A stretch of 64,000 nucleotides of DNA, from NCBI RefSeq assembly GCF_036365525.1, contig NC_090388.1, positions 38,323,062 to 38,387,061 of the forward strand, in the 5' to 3' direction. Source of the stretch: Heterodontus francisci. Its lineage: Eukaryota. Of the stretch, positions 1 through 11,424 are shown in pieces (position 1 is the first letter of the stretch; each line of letters starts with the position of its first letter). The notes under the pieces were generated by a model, which did no database searches, was not told the DNA's origin, and saw only the letters and a list, made by a program, of their open reading frames with translations. Position numbers and translations under genes: made by a program.

Positions 1-1231
1 ACTTCAAACCCCTTTGGGCAACACATAACCATCTCAGACCCACCTAAAGGGAAAAGGGGCAGTTTAAAGCAGCACTGCTACAAAGGAATGACAGGCTGTA
101 ATAATTTTTAGGATTTCTGAATGAATAAGAATGAATGTGAGAAATGCGTATGTGTTTTCCTGTACTTTCTCTTCTTTCTATTTTTATAATGAAATGCTCT
201 CTTGATATCACATTTCATTTTGCTGGATGTGGAGGTGTAATAGAAACCACACCTGCCAAAATGAGACATATTAATTTCGTCCTATAGAACATTATTTTTG
301 AACTGTTACTGGACTTGAAACAACTTGTTTAGAAAGACCACAACAGTGGCTGAAAACATGGCTGCACATTTGCATTCTAAAAGACAGTTGCATGAAGAAG
401 ACAATCGGAGCACTCTCTGTTTCAATTCCCAGATGGATTTTATCCATAGTGATGATCAAGGGATATTGAGGGTCATTGAGCCAGCATTCCAGCCCCCCAC
501 CACCACCACCCCCACCCCCCCCACTCCCCCTGCCCCCCCACTGATATTGTCTGGTAAGCTTGAAGGAATCCAAAAATCTCGCAGGCAAGGCCGCTCTAAA
601 CAAAGAGCTAGTCACATGACTAACCTGCTGGCCAACCTAGGGGTTTTCTGAATTGTGCCTGACACAGAACAGTTTTGGAAAGAGACTGCAATTGAACTTC
701 AAGAAGACAGCACCTCTCTCTGTGTCTCTCTGTCTCTCTCCTGCAAAGGTCCAAAGACCCACAGAAGCAACTTAAGCCTCAATTCTGAAGACCAGCGAAA
801 CAAGATTGAAAGTGTGCACTGGGCCCCAATGAGAACTGCAAGACTTAACTTCAAAGACTACATTCAATCCAAAACCAGTAACTGAACTCGAGCTATTTCT
901 TCAAACCTTCCTCCCTTTAATTCTTTCTCCTCCTCTGTCTCTATTTGCATGTGCGTTTATCGTGTATGCATGCTAGCATGGTCGCATCATGTATTTTTAG
1001 TAGCTTTAACTGAATTAGAGTTTTAAGGTTAATAAACTTATATCTTTCTTGTTTAAATCTGAGAAAACCTGTCTGGTTGATTTCTTTGCGATTATAATTA
1101 GAGAGCAGTGAGCAAGGATTCACTGAGGGGAAGCTGAAGACACAGTGTTTTAAAAATTAAATCCTGATACGGCCAAACCAGGAAAAATCTGAGAGGGAAG
1201 CCCTAGACCCCTGCCTCACCTGGTCATAACA
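1..1231 (+). mobile_element. 3' end of a Gmr1-like Gypsy LTR retrotransposon (end of internal region plus 3' LTR 236-1231)
   Basis: LTR begins TGT at 236 after a purine-rich tract (ggatgtggagg) and ends cctggtcataACA at 1231. It is similar to the LTR at 22088-22904. Bases 1-200 resemble 25950-26085 (aaagcagcactg...gaatgaatg...gagaaatgc). Confidence 0.8.
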
Positions 1232-1335
1232 CATTCTATTCTCATATTCTCTCTTTGCTAGTCTTGTTTTTCTCTTCATCTCCCCTCTCAACTTATTGTA
1301 TTTAGTCCCACTCCACCTTCTTCTTTCTCTTCTAT
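1232..1335 (-). mobile_element. CR1 LINE ORF2 fragment
   Basis: Minus-strand peptide KYNKLRGEMKRKTRLAKREYENR is typical of the CR1 EN-RT linker. Confidence 0.6.
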
Positions 1336-1339
1336 TCAT

Positions 1340-1925
1340 TCTTCCTTTCAAATGAACTACTTTGAACTATGATGTCAACCCGTGTATCCTCCTCTCCCTC
1401 TTGCTCTACAATCATTCACCTCATCTTTAATCCTCCATATGCTGCCTGTACTCCCAAGTATTGACGGAAAGATTCTAAAGCCCCTGAACAAAGGTTCCAC
1501 CCCGGCTCTGCCTAATCTGTTTAGCTTTTAACATTAATTTTTTTACATAAAGAAATTAAATTAGAATGAGGAAAAAAAATCTGCCTGTCTTTTTTTCTCA
1601 ATTCATGCTTTTCTTTATCTCTCTCATAAGTATTAAAAATTGGAATAACTGTCCCACCTGTATATGCAGTTATCATTGACACTTTTAACAGTCAACAAAA
1701 CATAGAGGAGGTAATCAGTTTCAAAATTCAACATTTTTTAAAATTGAAGCAACATTAAATGAAGGAACACACAGTCCGCCTCCCTCTTGCACTCTCTCTC
1801 AGTATAACACCAATCTCTCTCTCTATCTGTATCAGAGAACTGTAAATAATAATTATTCATCTTTTCTAATAATCAGCAAAAACAGGGGAGATAAATAGTA
1901 GGCTTCAATTGTTTTTTTTTTAATT
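1340..1925 (+). pseudogene. Possible decayed pneumovirus-like matrix (M) gene remnant
   Basis: LNYDVNPC at 1362-1385 resembles RSV M LAYDVTTPC, and FNPPYAAC resembles LNPTHDIIALC. It lies upstream of the F-like region. Matches are short and weak. Confidence 0.3.
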
Positions 1926-4900
1926 GAGGGTGGATGCTGCTCCTGAACATGGGAGAAGTGTGTGCCCAGGGCATTTACTGGCCCCTCAGAATGGCTCAGA
2001 GCCTTCCAGCACTGAAACATGCAGCCATCTAATGTATAAGAGCAGCTGGCATTGGCCATCGAGGCCAATACTGCCTTATCTCACTCATAATGCCCCCAGG
2101 AGGACTGAAATGGAAGGATGGGTTCCAAACCTGCACGTTATCACCATCTTGGAGGAGTGAGCCATGGACATTGCCAGGGTCACTGACCATGAGGAAGTTG
2201 GGCAAGGCAAAATAGACATCTGTGGTGGAGATGGTGATCAGACAGTGCAATGCATTTATTAAGAGGGTGCATTGCATGCCACCCCGTCCAACGGCAGACT
2301 GAACACGGAGCTGCATTGGGAAGCCTCAGCACTGCAGAGGCTTCTGCTCTCCAAGGCTAGTTTTCATGATCTCTTGTGTTGCCCACAGATATAGACATCG
2401 AGTGAATTAGACCAACTCCCTCACCATCACTGGGCCAAGCGCAGCAATAACAAAGCTCAGACCAAGCACATTCGCATCTTACAAGTACGCCCTCCGCTAA
2501 CGCAGATACAGTCACCTCAGTAGGTCCTCACACGTGGTTAGATAGGGTGGCAATAGGAGATGAGCATAGCACTAGTGTGCAGTGAGGAAGTACCAGAGGC
2601 AGAGGCAGATGTGGGCAGTTACCCACAGAGGAGGGAGGACAGACACAGCCCTGCTCAGCTGGGCACAGATGCAAGGCCTCAGGAGTCAATGGAAAGGAGG
2701 CTCTTCCTGGAACAGCAGTGGCAGATGAGCTCCCACATGTTGTAGTTCCCTGAGGCAGTCCACAGTCATGGGCTGAGAATGGAGGAGTCTCTGGAGATGA
2801 CCCCACTGGCACCTTCACAACCAGGATGAGTACCACGTGCATCTCAACTGCAAGCAGAGACAAGTGAGCAGGCTGTCTCCACCTCCTCCAAAGCCACATG
2901 GGGAGCACCACGTAGAAGCAGTCAAGAATGAATGCCACCACTTCAGCCAGAACACCGAGTGGGTCACTGAGATCTCTTACACTTGTAAATATGCACTGTT
3001 TGGCGTTATGAGCACCATGTAAATATTGACACATGAAGCTAGATCTGCTGAACTTTGAGGGAGTGGAAGCTCCTCCAGTTGATGAATCTGACTGGCCGGT
3101 CACTGGGTGCCTTGATGGCCTCACGGGTGTAATCGATGATGCCCTATACGTGGGGGAATCCACTGATGGAATCAAAAACCCAATGCCATCTGAGCCTCCT
3201 TTTATTAATGGCGGTACAGGAGAGGAGAGATGAAGTGGTGAAAGGGAGCAACAGTATGTCTACGGTGACAGTGAAACCTCTGGGCAGATGTGCATCCTTC
3301 ATTGGCAGTAAGAGTTGAGCTGCTCTAGGCTGCATCTTCAATTGAAGTTCTCTCACAGGCAGCTCAAAGTGAGTTCTATATCATGCCGATCTCCTGGTTA
3401 GAGGGGCTCAGCTGAAACCAGCCTAAATCAGGTGATCCCAGATGTTGATGGCATCCTGACAAGACCCTGGAGCCCCGCGCTGGTCCTGGCCACCTCCCTA
3501 TGAAGCCAGGGCACCTGTGTGCTCTGCACCTTCCTCCTCCTTTTCCATGTACAGCTCCTCCTCTTCCACTGATGAGCTGTGTCCATTCAGCACTTCAGCA
3601 TCTTCAAAATCCACACCTCACCTCTCTGGAGGGCCATGTTATGGAAAGTGCAGCAAACCAGCACAATGAGCGAGACCCTTGCGGGAGTGTACTGCAGTGT
3701 GCCACATGACTGGCCCAGGCATCGGACATGCATCTTCAGAAGCCCGGCGGCCTGTTCAATGGTTGACCTAGCAAGCAGATGGCATCGGTTGTTTCGCCTC
3801 TGTGCCTCTGTTTCAGGTTCTCAGAGAGGGTTGAGTAGCCATCTCTTCAACTGATATCCCTAGTCCACTAGAATCTATCCACAGAGTTTGGGGATTGGTG
3901 TGAAGAGCTGTGGCAGCCTGGTCTGGTGGAGGATGAAGGAGTCATGGCAGCTGCTAAGAAAGTGAGGGCACACATGGAGGAAGGTCTTACTGTGGTTACA
4001 AACCAGTTGAACTTCAAGGGAATGGAAGCTCTTCCAGTTGATGAATCTGACTGGCCAGTCACTGGGTGCCTTGATGGCCACACGGGTGTAATTGATGATG
4101 CCCTGTGTGGGTGGGAACTCACCAATGGAATCAAAAATCCAATGTCCTTTGCGCCTCCAAGACCACATCTGTCTGGAATTAGATCGACTGTCCAGATCTC
4201 ACAAATCATAGAATCATAGAAAGTTTATGGCATTGAAAGAGGCCACGGCCCATTGTTTCTGTGCCGGCAGAAAAATGAGCCACCCAGTCTAATCCTACCT
4301 TCCAACATTTGGTCTGTAGCCCTGCAGGTTACAGCACTTGAGGTGCATATCCAAACACCTTTTAAATAAGTTGAAGGTTTCTGCCTCTACTACCCTTTCA
4401 GGCAGTGAGTTCCAGACCCCTACCACCCTCTGAGTGAAAAGATTTTTCCTCATCTTCCCTCTAGTCTTTCTACCAATCTTGAAATCTATGTCCCCCTAGT
4501 CACTGACCTCTCTGCTAAGGTAGCTAGACCATTCACATCCACTCTATTCAGGCCCCTCACAGTTTTGTACATTTCAATCAGATCTCCCCTCAGCCTTCTC
4601 TGTTCCAAAGAGAACAACCCCAGCCTATCCAATCTTTCCTTAGGGCTGCCTTTTTCCAGTCCTGGCAACATCCTCGTAAATCTCCTCTGTACCCTCTCTA
4701 GTGCAATTACATCCTTTCTGTAATGTGATGACCAGAACTGCACACAGTACTCAAGTTGTGGACTAACCAATGATTTATATAGTTCCAGCATAACCTCCCT
4801 GCTCTTATATTCTATACCTCAGCTAATAAAGGAAAAGATTCCATATGCCTTGTTAACCACCTTATCGACCTGCCCTACTACCTTCAGGAATCTGTGGACA

Positions 4901-6572
4901 TTCACTCCAAGGTCCCTCATTTCCTCTACACCTTTCAGTAGTCATCCATTAATCGTGTATTCCTTTGCCTTGTTTGACCTCCCCAAATGCATCATCTCAC
5001 ACTTCTCCAGGTTGAATTCCATTTGCCACTTTGTCCATCTGACCAGTCCATCAATATCTTCCTGCAGTCGACAACTATCTCCTCCTCGTTATCTACCACA
5101 CGGCCAACCTTTGTGTCATCTGCAAACTTCTTGATCATGCTCCCTACATTTAGGTACAAATCATTAATATATACCACAAAAGCAAGGATCCCAAAACTGA
5201 ACCCTGCGGAACGTCAATGGAAACAGCCCACAAGTCACAAAAACACCCGTCAACTATTACCTTTGTTTCCTGCCACTGAGCCAATTTTGTATCCATCTTG
5301 CTACATTTCCCTGGATCCCATGGGCTTTTAATTTTTAACCAGTCTGCCATGTGGGACCTTGTCAAAAGCTAAAATCCATGTAGACCATATCAATTGCACT
5401 ACCCACATCAATCTTCCTTGTTACTTCTTCAAAAAATTCAATCAAGTTGGTCTGACAAGATTTTCCCTTAACAAATTCATGCTGATGATCTTTAATTAAT
5501 CTGTGCCCTTCTAAGTGACAGCTTATCCTATCTCTCAGAATTAATTCCAATAATTTTCCCACTACTCAAGTTAGACTGACTGGCCTGTAATTATTCGGTC
5601 TACCCCTCGCTCCCTTTTCACAAAGGTACATTAACAGTCCTCCAGTCCTCTGGCACTACATCTGTACCCAGTGAGGACTGGAAAATGATGGTCAGACCTT
5701 CTGCTATTTCCTCTCTTGCTTCTTTTAACAGCCTGGGGTACATTTCATCTGGCTCTGGTGATTGCCAAATTGGGCATCATTAACCTACGAGATTCAGTGG
5801 TGTGCATCCGTTTGTAAAATGCCACCAAGTTCAAGGCTGCAGTAACTTTGACAGCTACTGCAAGGTGTGAGGTCTTTGATAACAAGATCCTATGCTTAGA
5901 GAACGGCGTCCATGTCGTTCCTGCCACGTGTCCCTCTACTCTGTCCTCATGATGTGCGGGAGGTTGCCCTTCCTGAGGAGGATGTTGCTCCTCATTGCCA
6001 CTGGACCCCAAATCTAAGAGTCGTGCTCCCATTGCCAGCTGCTGCTTTCCTTGTGCTCAGGAGGCCCCCCAACTGTGCTTGGCAGTCTTGCCCCCTCCTC
6101 TTATGGCCCCGCGATGTCAACAGGGCGACAACAACCCTGCACTGCCTGAGCACTTACTGACTACTCTCCCCTCAACCTGCGCTCACCCAATGGCATCTGT
6201 GTGCCAATGGCCGTTTCCCCCTCTGCGCCATTCACCCTTTCATGGTGTTCACCTTATTCCCTGGGGTGACGATGACAGGTTCCCCACTGTGCGTCCACCT
6301 CCATGCGCCTGGTTTTCTCCAAAACCAGTGGGCAGCCTATGTGCCCACGTCAAAATCTAAACATTTCCCTCAACAAGTTACCAATGATCTTTTTAACCAC
6401 TCTTAATTGCTGTGGTTAATGGATCAGGTGGAATCTCGAGACTGCCCTCTCACTGGCCTGATCAATCTCACGGGCACCGGGAACAGTGTCGGGAAATTGG
6501 CACAACCAGTCGCCGCCGGGATTTTCGTTCCCCCTTCCACCTCCGGTCCCGGGATCCTGAAAATTCATTCCA
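1926..6572. mobile_element. Decayed PIF/Harbinger DNA transposon(s): accessory ORF remnant on +, transposase on -
   Basis: Minus-strand DDE_Tnp_4 pieces: AVAVKVTAALN (approx 5830-5865), TQGIINYTRVAIKAP...HDSFIL (3875-4168) and STIEQAAGLLKM...VCCTFHNMAL (approx 3630-3770). TIR-like gaaaattc at 6559-6566. The left end is uncertain. Confidence 0.8.
4207..5765 (-). mobile_element. CR1 (HER1-like) LINE, 5'-truncated, inserted in the Harbinger transposase
   Basis: RT motifs KFADDTK, VPQGSVLG and LEYCVQFW on the minus strand; catagaat tail repeat at 4207. Confidence 0.95.
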
Positions 6573-7760
6573 TAGCTTCTCCTTTTCTGAAAAAGATCAA
6601 TATTAATTTTGCATCAAAACTTCAGAAACTTTTCCTCTTCTTTTCAAAATTATTAGTTACAGATGCTATGTAGAAAGTGGTGAAGCTAAAGAATTATATT
6701 CCATCAATGCAACTGACTGAACGGTACCAATGCAACCTTGGAAATTAGGTACACGAAAGTATTTTGACTTCATCATCAAAATTCACTTCACAGTGTCAAA
6801 ACTCTGGGCAAAAATACCAAGTCCAAACCCAGGCTTTTGTGAGAGTCTAAAGCTTACAAATACGACTTTAATGAAAGTATTAAAAGCCACAAAAGACAAT
6901 TTAGTGAATGATTTTAATTCTGTTATTGTGAAGTAGACACTTTTATTGAGTTTAAAACTTTATTTCAGACAGAGAAATTACAGTGAGAAAACATTCAGAA
7001 AGCATTTTCATCAATTTGTGTGAACTGGTGGCCAGAATCCACAATCCTAGGCTAATGTTGTCCCACGATAAAGCAGCAGCTGTTGCATATCACATAGCAT
7101 GACATCTTTAATATGGAAAATATCTATAGATCACAGTGTTATCTATAGGAGTAACAAATACCGCAGGTACTTAAAATGAGTTGAATTCAATGTGCACCCC
7201 ACATACCAAATTTAATACATAATAATAACAGTATGCTCCAGCAATTTCTTGGTTGGCACACAATGTTCATAATACGTGGCTGTAATTTTTCTCTATGTGA
7301 AGCCCATTTAATAGCTTATTAAGCAGTTATTTTTGAATTACTTCCTTGGTGGTTTATTAGGATGGAGCATATGCTGCTGTTTTGATATTTAATGTAATTT
7401 ATAACCCTCCTTCTATATTATACTTTATAAGCTAATTTATTTCTTCATGTTGTACTGTTCTGTCCATCTCCTATAAGATGGCATCTCGTATCTCTTGAGT
7501 GTCATCGTCACTAAGATAATCATTTATATTATTTTGGACGTACAAAATGTATTCTTATGTTTCAAATGTGTTTGTTCAACCTCTAATTACACTTGGTATT
7601 ACCTGAAGACAGGAATAATAAGCTGATCCATGGTTTGACACATTGATCACATCAGTAGCTGCTTTCGGCAGGGAGGAAAGAGTTAGAAAACTAGGATCTG
7701 CTCTAATGGAGATTAGTGTTATTGTGTGTCAGTAGGAAATGTGAAATCCCCCTGATGGAA
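6572..7760 (+). pseudogene. Decayed pneumovirus-like fusion (F) glycoprotein gene (endogenous viral element)
   Basis: Collinear matches to RSV/hMPV F: RKYFDFII (6754) vs RRFLGFLL cleavage site/fusion peptide; SLKLTN..MKVL vs ALKKTN..VRVL; DTFIEF (6936) vs ETVIEF; YKMASRIS*VSSS vs CKIMTSKTDVSSS; FGRTKC (7533-7550) vs YGKTKC; YVSN (7556); LVLPED (approx 7593-7610) vs LVFPSD/FPED. Confidence 0.7.
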
Positions 7761-8035
7761 TGTAACAATCTCCTTTGGTCAGGAACATCTAATTTTCTCC
7801 CCCCACCACCCACCACTTAGTGCTATGGAATTCTGGGGCCTGGATTCCCTTGATGTCCATTGTGCTCTTGTTGCATCAGAAAGTTACGCAGCTCTCCAGC
7901 AGAAAGAGTCGCATGCAAGTTTCCTGGGTAAGTTAATTTGCATATGAAGTGGTGTAAGTGTTGGTGTAATAACATTCTAAAAGCACTGTGAGTGGCTCAT
8001 ACCCCAGGACACTTCAGTACAGCAGGTCAAGTAAT

Positions 8036-8445
8036 GCCTTGATCATAACATTCTCATCCTCATTTTCAAATCCCTTCATGGCCTCGCCTCTCTCTATCTC
8101 TTTAATCTCCAGCCCCAGAACCCTCTGAAATATTTGTACTCCTCTAATTCTGACGTCTTGAGCGTTCCCAATTTTAATTTCTCCAATTTTGGTGGCCGTG
8201 ACTTCAGCTACCTAGGCCCTAAGCTCTGGAATTTCCTCCCTAAACCCCGACAACTCTCTACTTCTCTTTCTTCCTTTAAGACTCTCCTTAATACATACCT
8301 CTTTGACCAAGCTTTTTCCCATCTGCTCTAATATCAACTTACGTGGCTTGGTGTCTAATTTTGCTTTGTAACGCTCCTTTGAAAGGCCCTGGGATGTTTT
8401 ACTACATTCAAGGCGCTATGTAAATATCAATTATTGTTGTTGTTG
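8036..8445 (+). mobile_element. L2-like LINE 3' fragment
   Basis: FKSLHGLA...GGRDFSYLGPKLWN...FKTLLNTYLF, then a (tgt)n tail. Confidence 0.85.
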
Positions 8446-8694
8446 ATTGCAGCCTCTGTAAAGACTGCACAGAGTACAGTAGAATAGTTGGTGACATCCA
8501 GTGAAGGCTGCAGAGATTCTTTCCTTCCCTTATGATAATCAACAAGTGAGGTTGCCGATCATAAGATTCTGTAAATGGCATGAATGCTAAATTTATAATG
8601 CGTACTTTTTGCTGAGGGATCCTGGAGAAAGAACAATAATTACTTAAATCTTTTACCATTTTTGCCACAAAAAATAAGAAATAAGGTGCTACCC

Positions 8695-9114
8695 TGAGCT
8701 CACCCTTTCCTCTGAGTCAGAAGCTGTGGGTTTAAGTCCCAGTCCAGTGACATAGTCTAAGCTTACACTTCAGTACAAGACTAAGGGGATGCCACAATGT
8801 CAAAAGTGCTGTCTATCAGATGAGACATTAAACCGATGCCGTGCTTGGCATTACAGGTAAAACGATCCCATTGTACTATTCATGGAAGATCTGGGGGGGT
8901 TCTCCCTATGACCTTGTTAACATTTATCCTTCAGCCAACATCATTTAACAGATTATCTGGTCATTTATCTCATTGTTGTTTGTGGGACTTTGCTCTGCAC
9001 AAATAGGCAGCCACGCTTCCCCATATTATGACAATGCCTACACATCCAAGAGTGCTTTACTGGCTATGAAACACTTTGGAATGTCATGCAATGATGAAAG
9101 GTGTTATATAAATG
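8695..9114 (+). mobile_element. tRNA-derived Deu-domain SINE (SacSINE1-like)
   Basis: Head cctctgagtcagaag..gggtttaagtccc, Deu-type core cagatgagacattaaaccg...gatccca and an L2-like tail. Similar copies lie at 45158 and 58192. Confidence 0.8.
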
Positions 9115-9683
9115 CCGGGAGGGCTAAATTCAATAGCCCCTGAAAAGTGGGTGCGGGGTTGCAATGCTGGATTACCCCACGCCCATTGTTTCTGATGCAG
9201 GCAGCACACAAGCTTCATGTTGCCTGCTAATTTACAAGATTGCAGACTACCACTAACAATAACCATGCTGTTGAATAGCTGCATACCTCAGCAGGGCCCA
9301 AAATCATGAGAGTTTAGCACCACATAAAGCCAGCCTGCACCTCTAAAAGGGGAGCTGCATTCTGGCTGGAGCAGGTGGTGGAAGTCATTCTGCAACTGAT
9401 TCTGTCCTGGGAAACACTCAATAATGGCACAGCATGGGAGAGAGAGGGCTCCAGGATTTTCCAAAGCTGCACTGGGGACCTTGGTCAAGGAAGTGCAGAG
9501 GAAGGGAAGATGTGCTCCATTCACAGGGGCCAGGAACCCTCCAGAACAACTCATAGAAAGCAGTGGGATCAGATAGCTGTGGTCAATGTTAGGAGTCAAA
9601 CCCCAAGAATCTGGATGCTGTTCCACAGAAAATTCAATGAACTCATATGAGTGGGCAGTCAGTGAACACATCTTCAAATGTCA

Positions 9684-10670
9684 TCACCAGGGTATTGTCC
9701 TAGGCCCAAACATCTTCAGCTGCTTCATCAGTGACCTTTGCTCCATCATAAAGTCAGAAGTGGGGATGTCCGCTGATGATTGCACAATGTTCAGCACCAT
9801 TTGCAACTCCTCAGCTACTGAAGCAGTCCGTGTCCTGATGCAGCAAGATCTGGACAACATTCAAGCTTGGGCTGATAAGTGGCAAATTACATTAGCGCCG
9901 CACAAGTGCCAGGCAATGACCATCTCTAACAAGAGAGAATCCAACCATCTCCCCTTGACATTCAATGGCATTACCATCGCTAAATCCCCCACTATCAACA
10001 TCCTGAGGGTCACCATTGACCAGAAACTGAACTGGAGCAGTCACATTAATACTGTGGCTAGAAGAGCAGGTCAGAGGCTGGGAATTCTGTGACGAGTAAC
10101 TCACCTCCTGACTCACCAAAGCCTGTTCACCTACAAAGCACAAGTCAGGAGTGTGATGGAATACACTCCACTTGCCTGGACGAGTGCAGCTCCAACAACA
10201 TTCAAGAAGATTGACACCATCCAGGACAAAGCAACCCACTTGATTGGCACCCCATTTACCACCATCAACATTCACTCCCTCCACCACCAACGCACAGTGG
10301 CAGCAGTGTGTACCATCTATAAGATGCACTGCAGCAACTCACCAAGGCTCCTTCAACAGAACCTTCCAAACCCGCGACCTCTACCAACTAGAAGGACAAG
10401 GGCAGCTTGTAGATGGGAACACCACCACCTGCAAGTTCCCCTCCAAGCCACACACCATCCTGACTTGGAACTATATCACCGTTCCTTCACTGTCGCTGGG
10501 TCAAAATCCTGGAACTCCCTCCCTATCAGCACTGTGGGTGTCCCTACAGCACATGAACTGCAGCAGTACAAGAAGGTAGCTCATCACCACCTTCTCAAGG
10601 GCAATTACAGATGGGCAATAAATGCCAGCCTAGCCAGCGATGCCCACATCATGTGAAAGAATTTTAAAAA
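9684..10670 (+). mobile_element. Non-LTR retrotransposon 3' fragment (CR1/Jockey supergroup, distinct from HER1)
   Basis: QGIVLGP...ADDCT...LDNIQAWADKWQ RT motifs; the same family occurs at 45835-46398. Confidence 0.85.
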
Positions 10671-11424
10671 CCCACTAACTGCACCACTAGCCTCAGACTG
10701 CCTAATGCACCACATGCCCATCACTCACCTAACAACAGTCTCTATCAATCAGGACTCATATCTTACATTCATGGCTGCACCTCACCCTCCCACACATAGC
10801 ACTGCTGAAAGCTTCACATCCACATCTCACAGCTTGCACCCACTGCCAGCTATACAGCTGTGACAGCCACTTCACCCAAATAGATGGCACCACAGTCATT
10901 GACACACTTGCCTCTCTCTTGCAGGTCAAAGTGCAGCACAACCGAAGGTAGCAGGTACTAACCAATAGGGGACAGGCATGGCTGTCTCCATGGATGAAAT
11001 GATGCTCGCCATCATTAGACTACTCACTGCTGAGGCTGTGGCCAATGGTGGGTCTGAAACCATAGAAATTGACAGTATTCTTATACCCAATCTTTCTCCT
11101 CACATCCCACTTCCTCCTACTTCCCACCATCTCTTCTGATTTACATGCTGCAGATGGTGTAAGCAAGCACCTCCTACTTTCCCCCAGTCCCTTACCACAA
11201 TCAAAGCCTTGTGCCTTTCTCTTTTCAGATACCCAAGAATTTCCAGCTGACCAAGCAGTGGGGGAAGAGCAACAGGTGAAAGAGCAAAAAAACAGTGATA
11301 ATAAAGAAATACCGTCACTTGATTTCACACTCACAGCCGTCAGCTCAGGCATTGCCATTGCATGTAATTTACAGGGTAGTTTACAGGTCGAATATGCACA
11401 TGGTGAGACATTGGAAATAAGAAG

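Noticed and set aside
292-651. Gly-rich and Pro-rich ORFs
   Set aside because: They arise from a C-rich tract inside an LTR and are not genes.
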